A stretch of DNA of 64,000 nucleotides from assembly GCA_946965045.2 (NCBI GenBank), contig OX337234.1:1798001-1862000 (forward strand), in the 5' to 3' direction. A program made the translations under genes and the position numbers. Of the stretch, positions 51,391 to 62,400 are shown piece by piece. Below the pieces are notes generated by a model. That model was not told the DNA's origin. It searched no databases and saw only the letters and a program-made list of their open reading frames with translations. Every line of letters starts with the position of its first letter. The first letter of the stretch is position 1. Source of the stretch: Epithemia pelagica. Lineage: Eukaryota; Protista; Bacillariophyta.

Positions 51391-52545
51391 CTACGCCTTG
51401 GCACCTGAAAAGACAAGAGGTACACCATCGACAAAAGGCATTGAAGCCGTCTCGAACTTCAACACATTCACGACTTCAACCAAAGTTGAGCTTCGTATGT
51501 GAAAGAAAACTTGACAGTTACCAAACAGCATGCTGTAACTTTCTCCATTATCGGATGCGGTACCGCGTGCATTCCGCTTCAACCCCTTGTGTGACGAACG
51601 AGGATCCTGGGCCAAGACTTCTTTGATGGCGCATGCAGCTGTTTCTTCACCATTGTTCTGGCTGGTGTACAAAGGTGCCAACTGTCCATTAACAACAATG
51701 TCCCGTAATTGCTGTAAAGCGACATCCGTAAACGAGATCTCTGGGAAAACATCGGATTCTTTTACCCAGTCGGGTACTCTGAAACCACTCCCATGACTTC
51801 CCATGTCCACGAATACAGAAGATATCATCTTGCTGTGATAAAAATTTGGAATGTCCCAAGGAACGCACGGCTTGACATCATAAACTGGGGTTCCATTGAC
51901 CAAATCCAACCCGACTACATGGAGTTGCTTTGCTGAAGAATCCCAACTTTGAAGCTGGACCAAGCTTAGTCCAATAGCGTTTGGTCGATGAGGTGATCGG
52001 GTTGCCAACTGTCCGACTTTTTGTCCACCCGCTCTTGGAGGACGGATTTTTGTTTTCTGTGTTTTGCCTTCCGCTTGAATATTTGTGTTTGCGTGGAAGC
52101 CAAAAATAATCCAAAGGTGACTGTACGCGTCAATTCCATCCAGTGCTGCACTTTGACAGCTAAAATGAATAATCCCACGACTTGACGGTACCAGCTGAGA
52201 TTGCCGTGGAGTGCCCATGCGTTTTGTAAACGGAGATTCAACGGTGCCAATACAACGTAGCAACAAAAGATGCGAGGCCACGTCCTCTTCGGTACGCGTT
52301 TCTTGCTTTCGCAAACGTTCGAGTTTAAGTTGCTGCAACTCTTTCTGAACGGTTCGTAGTTTCACCTCGGCTCGTATTCTTCCTGTCCTCTCCTCCTGAC
52401 ACCGTTGATTGGTTTGGTCTAACGTTTGCCTGTCAAGACTTCGATATACCACAGCAGCGGCCACAGCGAAAAGAGAAAGGACGCAACAGGAGACAACAAT
52501 TTCACTGAATAACCCTCCCTCATTTGTTTTCTGTCGTATCTCCAT
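51391..52545 (-). CDS. TRMO: tRNA (adenine(37)-N6)-methyltransferase TrmO (TsaA/YaeB family)
   Basis: IGTVESPF..RMGTPRQ, SHLWIIFGFH, KIRPPR, ATRSPHRPNAIGLS and DLVNGTPVYDVKP; intact 384-aa ORF. Confidence 0.92.
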   Translation of the reverse strand: MEIRQKTNEGGLFSEIVVSCCVLSLFAVAAAVVYRSLDRQTLDQTNQRCQEERTGRIRAEVKLRTVQKELQQLKLERLRKQETRTEEDVASHLLLLRCIGTVESPFTKRMGTPRQSQLVPSSRGIIHFSCQSAALDGIDAYSHLWIIFGFHANTNIQAEGKTQKTKIRPPRAGGQKVGQLATRSPHRPNAIGLSLVQLQSWDSSAKQLHVVGLDLVNGTPVYDVKPCVPWDIPNFYHSKMISSVFVDMGSHGSGFRVPDWVKESDVFPEISFTDVALQQLRDIVVNGQLAPLYTSQNNGEETAACAIKEVLAQDPRSSHKGLKRNARGTASDNGESYSMLFGNCQVFFHIRSSTLVEVVNVLKFETASMPFVDGVPLVFSGAKA

Positions 52546-52894
52546 TGTTTTCAGACTTTGGCGACGTAAATTATCTTGAGTGAAAGATCGTCAGATTCTC
52601 TCGGTCATTCATCAAGAACGCCTACCGAATTCCGACTCTCTATGACGACAAGCATTCGACCAATCGGTAGATTCGTTCAGAAATAATGAAACGCAGTAAT
52701 ATCGGGAAGGTACGGGAAAGGTCACCTTTCACCTCAACCTAGATCTTTGGCCACGTCATAGAAATTTACCTAGTCTAGAGATGTTCGAAGTACTATGATT
52801 CATCGAATAAAGCTAATAGAGATAGGTTAGTAATATTGGGAACTTGTAAAGAAGCTCAACCAATATCAGTCTCAGCACGACGTAGTCTATAAGA

Positions 52895-54394
52895 TCAAGT
52901 TTGTTCGTTCGAGTTGTCCACCATGTTTGCATCGTCGTCGTTGTTGAGGTCGGCTCCGTCGTTGTTGTCGCTGTTCTCGTGGCCGCGTGGAGTTTTGTAT
53001 GCACGACGAGCACGACGTGACTCGGGAGTGTTTGACAGCGTGGACAGATTTGAACAGATTGTCGAATTGCTGTCCGACTGACGGCGTGACGACGATCTGT
53101 AAGGAGAAGCAGGGAACTGACCGATTGAAACTGACCCTGGGACAGAGGCAGTAGGATAGAGCGGAATTTCGGCAGTAGATTTGACAGACATGTCATCAGC
53201 AGAGGTCAAGGAGTAGGATCCTTGTTGACGGCCAAGTAGCTCGACGTGCATGTGCTTGGACCCATCGGGATAACAGTAGATGTTGATCCCATTGAAGTTA
53301 GGATCTTCACTCTCATTCACGTAGCGGTTCTCAACGGGGAAGGGCAACTTCAAGCGGAACTCATCGATGAGATGCTCCGATCGCTCTTTCTTCAACTTCT
53401 CGAGCATCGAGCGACGGGCAATGATCTTCGGATGCATGGTCATGATATCCGAAACGAGTTTTGCCGTGTTCCCACTCATGTCATTCTTGACGACGTCTCT
53501 ATTCAACGTGAAGGAGTTGAAGGCTAACTCGGCCGACGTCATGTAGGTATTCATCACAAGCGTGATGACGAGCTCCCAACCAGATGCTGAAACACGTACT
53601 CGGATGACGGGGTTATTGCCCGAAGGCAAAACCATCTGCAAGCTACAGCGCTTGCGGAGCTGGGGGTCCTTCCATATGTCCATAAAATATTGCATCGCAC
53701 TAAGGGTGGTCGACGTCATCGTAGTAAAACAACCTTCACACTAGAGGAGCTAGAGGCACTGCGAGAAGAAGTAGCATTTGATGCGCGCACAGTACGACTC
53801 GAGACTGAACCCCCCCACCACGACTCGTAGCAGAAGCGCGACTGGAAACCGAGCGGTCGTCTGACTGTCCCCCACCTCGACCAGACACGGAGGCAACCAT
53901 GGAAAAACCATCAATGGTCATACCGCCAGCAATGGTGGCACGATCATCCCCTTCTTCAGGGATTGTTGGGATCAACCCATGGTCTGCAACCATATAAAGA
54001 GGAAAAGGTAAGACAGGGGATTGATTTAGTCGAGAAGCAACGAGGGAAGAATTCACAGCAAGGAAGGAAGCAAGGATGGAAGGAAAACCACAATGCAACA
54101 ATCAAACTCACATTCGACTCCAGGGACATGGGAGGAGCGATCCATCACCTCTTTGAAGTGCTTCTTTCGACAGTTGGCAAGAGCAGAGGCCAATGCCTTG
54201 CAGGTGAACTTCTCGAAGTTCGGATACTTTCGCATCACTTGCGAAGCTGTCCACTCCTTCGGGATCAGGCCTTGCGAGACAAGAAGCTCAAGTTGCTTCG
54301 CCTCATCCCATTCCTTCGACCAGTTTGTAATCCTTCCTGAGCTACTAAACTTACAGCTAGGGGTTTGTGCATTAGGAGCTCGACGGGGTGCCAT
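52895..54394 (-). CDS. Harbinger-associated second protein (helical N-terminal domain, Ser/Gly linker, beta-rich C-terminal domain)
   Basis: MAPRR...WSKEWDEAKQLELLV...ALANCRKKH. The intron 53984-54111 joins GVE|YHGLIP in frame. The join at about 53720-53810 is unresolved (frameshift in a G7 run, or an intron). The C-terminal ORF is 52895-53719. Confidence 0.6.
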
Positions 54395-55090
54395 GGTCGC
54401 AAAGCAAATGTCGTTTCCGATCTTCCTCTTTTGTGTTTGTTGAGAATGGGTGCAAAATGAATTGGTGTCGATCCGCAAAAAGGGAGAAAACGATGCTGCA
54501 CGCCTTGCGTGCAAGCAAGGTGAAACGCCGCACGTGCCCGTACCTTGTGACCAGTCGTATTTGAACAAGGTGTCATCGAGAAGTACACTAAATAGCGAAG
54601 AAGTTATTTAACAATTCTCTCCTTAGAAAAAAATGACGAAGAAAGGACATAGGGCGTCATTTTCTCGTCATTTTTTAGTACGGTGGAACTATGGTAGGGT
54701 CACCCTAGAAGTCACCTTACAGACGAGGTGAATGACGAGGTGACGTTTCTTTTACGAGAATCACTTTTTGTCTTTTCAGAAACAGAACTGTCTTTCAATG
54801 TGATTGCCGGATGACATTTAAATGAGTGAAAGATTTTCATTAAATGAAACTCATTGATCGGACATTCTTTATCATTCTGTTTCAGAAACAACGACAGACA
54901 CAACAATATGATACTTTGAGTGTGTCACATTGCAGTCACATTGTCACATACATGTCCTCACCAGTCGCCATTGCACGATTCATGGCAGAGGCACCTTCCT
55001 GGAATCTGGAATGTTTTTGCATGCCGAGAGAGTCGCACAAAGCATTGCAGTGAGGAAGGTTGATTGCTGCAACGACCCAACTAACAAATA

Positions 55091-56089
55091 ATGCCACCAG
55101 TCCCCAACCACCCATGGCAAGGTGTTGCCTTTCCTGTCACCCCCCCTCACATGCTCTTTCATGGCTTGGAGATGCTGGGCCGGGTTGCTGGAGCTCCGGA
55201 CAACGCGTACCGTCGTTTCATTTCGTTCTACGGTACGGATCCACTCGTAGTTGCTATCCTATGGCTAGAGCTACAGAATTGGATCACACAGCTGAATGGC
55301 TGTGTCCTTAATCATCTATTTTGGTCTCTTTATTTTCTAAAGAACTATGGGACAGAGGCCCAACATGCTGCTGTGTTCCATGTCGATGAGAAAACACTTC
55401 GAAAATGGGTGTGGTTCATTCTCAAAGGAATGACCACACTCCGCGTACAATTTGTAAGTTCTGTGGTCAGTGACATTCTAACTCCCCCACGAAATCCCCC
55501 ACTCACCAATTTTTTCTCTACCTGTTTCTGTACACAGATAAGATTGGGTAACCGCTTCATGCAAGACACCCACCAGCGCTCAGCGCTGGTCGTAGATGGA
55601 ACCGACTATAGAATCTTCGAGCCTAGGGCACTAGGTTTTAACCCTGGTTGGTTTTCGCACAAATTTCGTGGTCCGGGTGTCCGTTGGGAGGTAGCCACGT
55701 GTATTAACACGGGTTGGATAGTTTGGATCCACGGCCCTTTCCCTTGCGGGACCTACTCGGATCTTCGTATTTATCGCATGGCCTTGAAGACCCACTTGCT
55801 TCCTGGGGAGCGTGTGGTAGCGGATGGAACGTACAAAGACCCTACCGTCATTCTCAAACAACAAGCTCGGAATCCCGAACACGCACGTGAGATGGCCCTT
55901 GCTCGCTCTCGCCATGAGATCGTCAACGGACGATTCAAGGACTTCGGTGCGCTCTCTCAAGTTTTTCGTCATGACCGAAACAAGCACCGCTTTGTATTTA
56001 CTCCTATTGCTGTCATCACACAGCTAGAAATCATGACTGGGGGTGCACCTTTCGACATCACCGCTCAGCACAACCATGCTCTCGCCTAA
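55091..56089 (+). CDS. PIF/Harbinger (DDE_Tnp_4-like) transposase; 84-bp intron 55454-55537
   Basis: VVDGTD, FSHK, GPFPCG..SD, VVADGTY and RSRHEIVNGRFK. In-frame GTAAGT...CACAG intron. Confidence 0.9.
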   Translation: MPPVPNHPWQGVAFPVTPPHMLFHGLEMLGRVAGAPDNAYRRFISFYGTDPLVVAILWLELQNWITQLNGCVLNHLFWSLYFLKNYGTEAQHAAVFHVDEKTLRKWVWFILKGMTTLRVQFVSSVVSDILTPPRNPPLTNFFSTCFCTQIRLGNRFMQDTHQRSALVVDGTDYRIFEPRALGFNPGWFSHKFRGPGVRWEVATCINTGWIVWIHGPFPCGTYSDLRIYRMALKTHLLPGERVVADGTYKDPTVILKQQARNPEHAREMALARSRHEIVNGRFKDFGALSQVFRHDRNKHRFVFTPIAVITQLEIMTGGAPFDITAQHNHALA

Positions 56090-56787
56090 ATGCATGGTCT
56101 CTAGATCACTTGAGATTGCATCTAGCTAGATTGCCATTCGACCTTTAGAGTCTAGAGTGGCCATAATCATTCTGCTAGTAGACATCATACATGCTATGTG
56201 TCCTTATGCATTTTCTACGTAGCTACTACTCCTCTAGTACTACTCCTACTCTAGGAGTACAAGGGCAAGTCAAGTAGTGGGTAGCTACCCGTAATGCCTT
56301 GTTACTTACTCCTTCTGTCAGACGTCAGTGATATATTCACTGACATGATGTCAGTCGGATTTCAGACGAACTGAAATGAAAGATCGGAGCTAAAGTTAAC
56401 TGCTTACTAGTTCATTCGCACCACAGACTGTATTTCTAAAAAACCAAGAGGAGACTTGATGTGATTGCAATCTCATCTATGTATTGGCTACTCTCTCTAG
56501 TCTTCTATGCAATACCAGTCGTGGTGATTCTAAAGGGGCCCATAGTTCCGCAAGTAAACAACTATTTAGAACAATTTGTTAAACTAGGGCTGCGGCAAGG
56601 ACGAAGGTGACCTTATCATAGCATCAGCTTCATGGCTGTACATCCTGGTCATCTACGTCATTCCCGTACCTTCCGGGGTGATTGGAGAAAGGATGAATTC
56701 TTTCACTTGGCAGCGAAAAGATGTGGGAAACGAAATGGAACGGTTCCCTTCCTACCTCCAAGCGGTTTTAGAGTAAATTTCACATAT

Positions 56788-57537
56788 TGTGAATCTTTAT
56801 TTAGTGATCTCGACTTCGCCATGCCTGAGTGTAGTCAGAGACCAATGCGTGGCCTGCGCGTGCCATCCACAATCCACCCCCCAATCACTTATTCGTGTCG
56901 TAAGGCCATTCCTATAGCATTGACAAAACCAAACCTGAAGCGTGACGTCATCACTAAATTCAGTTTTGGCGCGTTTCGCCGTCCTATAGCACCGGCAAAA
57001 CCAAAACCCGATTCCGCGCTGCATTCCCCCAAGGCCCCCAACAGTCCCCATATTCACTTTTAATAGTTGAATACTAAAAGTTTTGAAAGTAGGACATCAA
57101 GCCCGCATGTTTCATGTAGCCTCATTGGGGTTAGGGTGACCGTTGAAGTCGAACGCGCGCCGCGCATATAGTAACCGTCATTTGTCATTTCTGTAGGAAA
57201 AACATACACTAGCATAGATAAAACACTATCCCTAATGTCATTTCGGATTATCCCTAATGGTAAAAATTGGTTTGGAGGGTTAAAAAAATTACAAAACCTG
57301 CGCTCAGCTTTTGTCGTTGCAAAACCTGAAATGACAGAAAACCCGGATTTGACGTCATATTTCCGGGTTTTTCGTGACGTGTCACGCTTCAGGTTTGGTT
57401 TTGTCGATGCTATAGGAACGGCCTAACGAAAGCAAGTTCCAATTCAAACAAAAGACTAAGCTTAGAAACTACGTAGCTTGGATCCGCCTTCCAAGTACAG
57501 AGGTAATGGGTAAATGACTATGACCGTTGGATTCGCA
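56788..57537 (-). repeat. 3' LTR of Copia-2 (about 227 bp after removing the nested MITE)
   Basis: Termini TGTGAATC / GATTCGCA (7/8 inverted match). PPT complement TTCTTCCCCCC at 57538. Confidence 0.75.
56904..57423. mobile_element. PIF/Harbinger (Tourist-like) MITE-2, 520 bp, nested in the Copia-2 LTR
   Basis: 43-bp TIR GGCC(A/G)TTCCTATAGCAT(T/C)GACAAAACCAAACCTGAAGCGTGAC. TAA TSD at 56901-56903 and 57424-57426. Confidence 0.95.
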
Positions 57538-59030
57538 TTCTTCCCCCCCAATGTCCCCAAGGACCGGGACTGATCTTTCCAGTCCCGACCACCCGAATTA
57601 AACAGTCCCCGCAAGTATCAAAACTGGAAGATAACATTTTTTGGGACTTGCTCAACAATCAACGACGGGGCGACTACAAGTCGGCAGCATTCGTAGATGC
57701 GATGGTCGGTGGTCCACTCATGCCGAAAGCGGAAGAATATGTGAACTGAGAGATGAGGGCATTGCGACGTTCACGGGGCAAGATCTTCGTAAATAGGTCG
57801 GCCAAGTTTGTTTCGGTATCTTCTTTGCCAACTCGCAAGATCGAGGCGGCCGCAGCCTCTCGGACGGAATGGTAGTTGATGGCATTATGGCGTTTGGAAA
57901 GAATCGATGAAGGGAGGCTGGTATTTTTTACCACCCCGCGATTATCACACAGGACATCTGCGGGTGCTACAACGGGCACGCCGAACATTCGAAGCTTGTA
58001 TCGAAGCTCGATGATCATCTCCTTGGCGATCCGCAAAGCAACAAATTCGCTTCCGAAACTGGAGGTCTCGACGGTGTTCTGTCGTTTCGAATATTAGAGT
58101 ATCGGTGCGTTCTGTAAAAAAATGTGTATGCCACTGTGAGATCGACGGGTAACAACATTCCCAGCGTGGTCAGCATCAACGAAGCACGTGATCTTTATCG
58201 GGCTTCCTAGCGGCTCGGGCATGTTGGGTGGCAGCTCTTCAACGACGTCCCCGTAAAATTCTTTCCATTCCGCAATGGGTACTTGCGCGAAGCAACTATC
58301 ATCGAGTGTCACGTCTTTAGCGTCAAACACAATCTTCAACTTCAGATGTTTCTTAACAAAGGCAAAGATATGATACACGGCCTCAAGGTGGCCGGCTCTC
58401 GGGTTCGCAAGATATTGGGACATCAGCGACACTTCAAGATAGATGTCAAGCCTCCCCAATTCGACCGCCCAACGCAGGATTCCAATCAACTGTTGGTACC
58501 TGTTTGTCAACTCTGGCCCCAACTCTGGGGTTGTGTCCAATTCGGGCTTATAAGAAGCAACAATAGGCACTCTGGCCGTGGTTTTCAAGTGTTGCCCGTC
58601 CCCGTCTTTTTCTAACATGTCCTCCACAATCTTTATGGCGTTTCCCAGGTACTTTTTACTGGTCATGCCCCAAGCCCATTGCCCATCAGGAAGGCTGTGC
58701 TTGTATATTTGGGCGCCGAGATAGACACTTGGTTCCCCAATGCTTCCGGATTGAATCTTATAGTATCCGTCAATCTCGTCCAACACTGGCTTAGGATCGG
58801 CACTAACCAGTAGTATGTCGTGGACATAGACTAGGATTAGCTCATAATATTCCTCGCCGTTTGCCCGTCTAGCCCGCCTTCTCAACACGCAAGGGTCGGC
58901 CCTTGTGTCAGCGAAACCCATCTCGTAGAGGGTATTCATCAACGTAATCCTCCAACTAGCCCCGGATGATTTCAATCCGTATAACGCTCGTGTCATCACA
59001 CATACCTTTCCTTTATCCTCGTTCCCTACT

Positions 59031-59419
59031 AACTCCATACCAGACTGTGTAGGTAGTTCGTCTCACATTTTTATACTACAGTAGGAATTTTTTGTACGAT
59101 CGGGAAGTAGTTTCGTGCGAGTCGCGCGGTTTCCCTCTCGTGTGTGACACTTGTGTGACACTTGTGTGACACTTTGTGACATGGCTTCCAGGAATTTCTC
59201 ACTACCTACACAGCCTGATAGGGAGTAAGTTTACTACTTCCCTGTGTCTGGCCGTCCTCTCGCGTCGGGCGCGCCCGGCTTGTCGGGAGAATGACTCGAC
59301 GGGCAATTGTCTTGTCGGGCGTGCGCCCTCCTCGACCATTGCCCTCCTCGTCATTCTACCCTCCGCGCCGGGCGGTCCCTCCTTGAAAGGACTCAACACC
59401 GGGAAGTATTAATACTACT
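59031..59419. mobile_element. Non-coding 384-bp insertion in Copia-2 RT, flanked by CTACT; unclassified
   Basis: CTACT occurs at 59026-59030 and 59415-59419. Removing the insert and one CTACT restores GPEV-GNEDKG. It contains two adjoining inverted-repeat units and an 11-bp tandem TGTGTGACACT x3. Confidence 0.92.
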
Positions 59420-62400
59420 TCCGGCCCACCTAGGAACCAGACTTTTTCACGACACGGGGCGTTCAGGTACGCGTTCCCGATGTCACAGGCCATCACCTCA
59501 AGGCCGTTCAGTGCCGCAATCAGGAACGCCATCCTGATTGAATCCCGACTTACCACGCTCGAGTATGTCAAGCTCGTTGGCGCATCAGTCAGATGCCCGC
59601 CCGCTACCAGACGTGCTTTTCTCGTTAGATCAAGCTTGATATCGAAAACCATATGGCACGTGATTTCCGTGTACCCAATGAGTTGTCGCCCGGCGCGTAC
59701 TCGATCTATATCTAGGTCTTCTCTCGCTTCCCAGGCTATTTTGACTGCTTTTAGCTCCTTGTCGATAGCTTTCCTCCAGTAATCCGTCCCCGTCTGTTCG
59801 TCGATAGCCAAGGCTTCTTCGACCGAATGCGGTAACCGGATTCCGAACTTGCTCGTTGTCTTCCAATATTTCTTTTTAACCTTATTTATCATCCGCTGCA
59901 TGTGGTTTCGTGTCTCTGGCACCCACCAATGGAATGCCGGTTCTGTTTCTATCTGTTGGGCCACAGCGTATTCGGCTAAATCGATAGGATATCCATCCTT
60001 GACATCTTTCAATGGCATCCACACTTGGGATCCGTCTACCAGTTCGACTGCGATCTCCCAACCTTTGGTTGTTCGCTTCGGATGACGATTCCCATTCAAT
60101 CCAACATGGAACCCATCCTCCTTTGGGACAGCGTCCCCGTTTTTTTGATGCCCTACAATTTCTCTCACCAGCAAGAAATTGTTCCCGTCGTCATCCACCT
60201 TGGCATACAGGTTTGCCGCGACGATATTCGCCGTATACTCGTGGATAAGACCCCCAGGAAACTTCACTTCGTAAGTGCGGGAATCAAATAAGGGGTTTTT
60301 GTGTTTCTTGCCAATAGGCTTCCCGTCTAACCCTTTCTGTCGTTTTGTGACCGTACCCACCATGTTCTCGCCTCCGATGTCCATTCGGATCTGGGCACCG
60401 ACATACTTGTCGTATTGGCTGCCCATATCGTCGGCGTCAGGCGTCTGTTCTTCTATCATCTGTCCGTAGTCCTCGTCGGACGGGACCAATCCGCGTCGTC
60501 GCCACTCTTCCTCGTCGTCTTCGACGTCTTCCAGGTACCCGGGTCGGCCATCGCCGTCGTCTTTGAAGTTTGTGTCATCCAACCGTTCTGCGACAATCAA
60601 CCGGAAATTCCGAATTTTTTCGCGAACATCTTCTTTCTCCTGGTCCTCTTTTGTCACATGCTGCACCGTCGTCCGTGTTATCACTTTCCCAGACTTGGTT
60701 AGCACCCAGTAACACAAGTCACTACCGATGCGATGAGCAATGCCGAGCCAATACCCCAGATGATATTGCTCGTCGGCGGTGTCGGTCTTTTGGTTGGTAT
60801 GATACCAAACCAAGTCAAAGAATTGGAAATCAATCCACTCCGATATATCAGGCGTCTCCCCAGTGAGTCGTTCAATTCCGGTACGACCGTCCTGTCCCCG
60901 GGCGACTCGACTGAGGAGGCCCGCCTCATATACTAACCCGTAGTCCCACAATTGATTCGGAACACGTCTTTTATTCATCCTTTGCCTCCAGCGCTGCTTG
61001 AGAAGGCCAATCTCTCGTTCGGCTTTGTGGTTTTGCTTGCCAGTGCCTTTTTCGGAATAATGAAACTGGATTCGATGAAAACAACCAAGTTTCGCAAACA
61101 TGGTGGCTGCACCTGTCTGCTCAGTAGCAAGATCGGCAGTCAAGTGTTCGGGCACGCCCACATTGTCAATAAATTCTGCCAGAGCTTGACCGGCATGGCT
61201 TTTCGAGGCCATCGGGTATACTGCTGTAAACTGCCCGTCTGTAAAGACCTGGGCGCACTTCTTTCCTGCTAATGAAAGCGTTTTACTAAACAACGTATTT
61301 GTGTAGATGCGTGTGTTGAGCCGATTACGATGCAACGCAAGGTTATCCACGCGGTAACACCGCGTAATAGGTGCAACCGCAGTACGGACTCCCTGTTGGG
61401 TGGTCACTCGGAGGGTGTTACGTGCCGTTCCGAGTCCAATATTCCATTTGCGACTGAGTGACTCCGGTAAAACTCCAGAGTGTCGCGAACTCGCGACCTG
61501 ATGCAGGGAAGTAAGGGCGTGACCAAGACCATTTGGATCCAACGCGATTGAAACTTTCCCGATTTCGCTACTGGCAATCGCATGTGCCTCCTCATACGGA
61601 CTCGCGCCAAGTAGCCACGATAAATCAACTTTCTTCGGGTCCCAGCTTTCCTGCCTCGTGATGACCACGTCCGGCAAATTTTCGATTTCATGGTGACTCG
61701 GGGCACGGGACTCAAAGTACACCGTCGTCCCCTCCATCTTGAATGGCACGTGGATCCCATCGACCCAAATGCTGAATCCATCTGCTCCCTGGCGCGTTGG
61801 GTCGTCCCTGACCTCATGCCCCGCATGGCGGATCTGGTTCTGATTTAATAAAGTTTTAGACAAATTCTTCCCGAACCACAACATTTGGTGGCCGATTATG
61901 ATCGTTTCTAGACCACTTTTCTCGTCCCGAATCAAGGTGGCACATGTTGCCACTAGGACATGGCTCTTTCCAACTTGATTGCCTGCGAAATCGTTCACAG
62001 CGCATTCCATCCCAGTCGTCTCGACCAGGGTCCAATTCTCACCGGCGCAACAAGTGTCCGCCATCGTGTCCATCTCGTTTCGTCCGAGCACTGGCACACT
62101 CGAATTCTTGGTATCCAACAACCAACCCTTTTCGACTTGTCCTACGAGTCGTCGTGGCCCACAAGTCACCATGGAGACATCCCTTCCGTCGCCGGCCGTC
62201 GGATATGCCCCTGCCCCGAACCTGCGGCCATTGGTACCACCACGATCCCCCGTCTGATCGTCGGTCTGTGTATCCGGTGCTCGCTGCCCTTCAGCACAAT
62301 TCTCGTCGGTCTGGACGTTTCCAACGTCACGTCCCCCTCTGTTGCCGCCACCCTGGGCGTTCCCCCGACCATTTCCTTGGCCGTTTCCCCTGTTTCTACT

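Larger units (their letters stand above)
52718..56614. mobile_element. PIF/Harbinger-like two-gene DNA transposon (boundaries tentative)
   Basis: A DDE_Tnp_4-type transposase and a divergent partner gene. Candidate 11-bp inverted ends AAGGTCACCTT (52718) and AAGGTGACCTT (56604), but no clean TSD. Confidence 0.6.

Noticed and set aside
52744-56163. TGGCCA sites as Harbinger TIRs matching the MITEs
   Set aside because: Only 6 bp match and there is no TSD.
58094-58096. TGG>TAA (CC>TT on the + strand) as a UV signature
   Set aside because: Single event; two sequential transitions explain it equally well.
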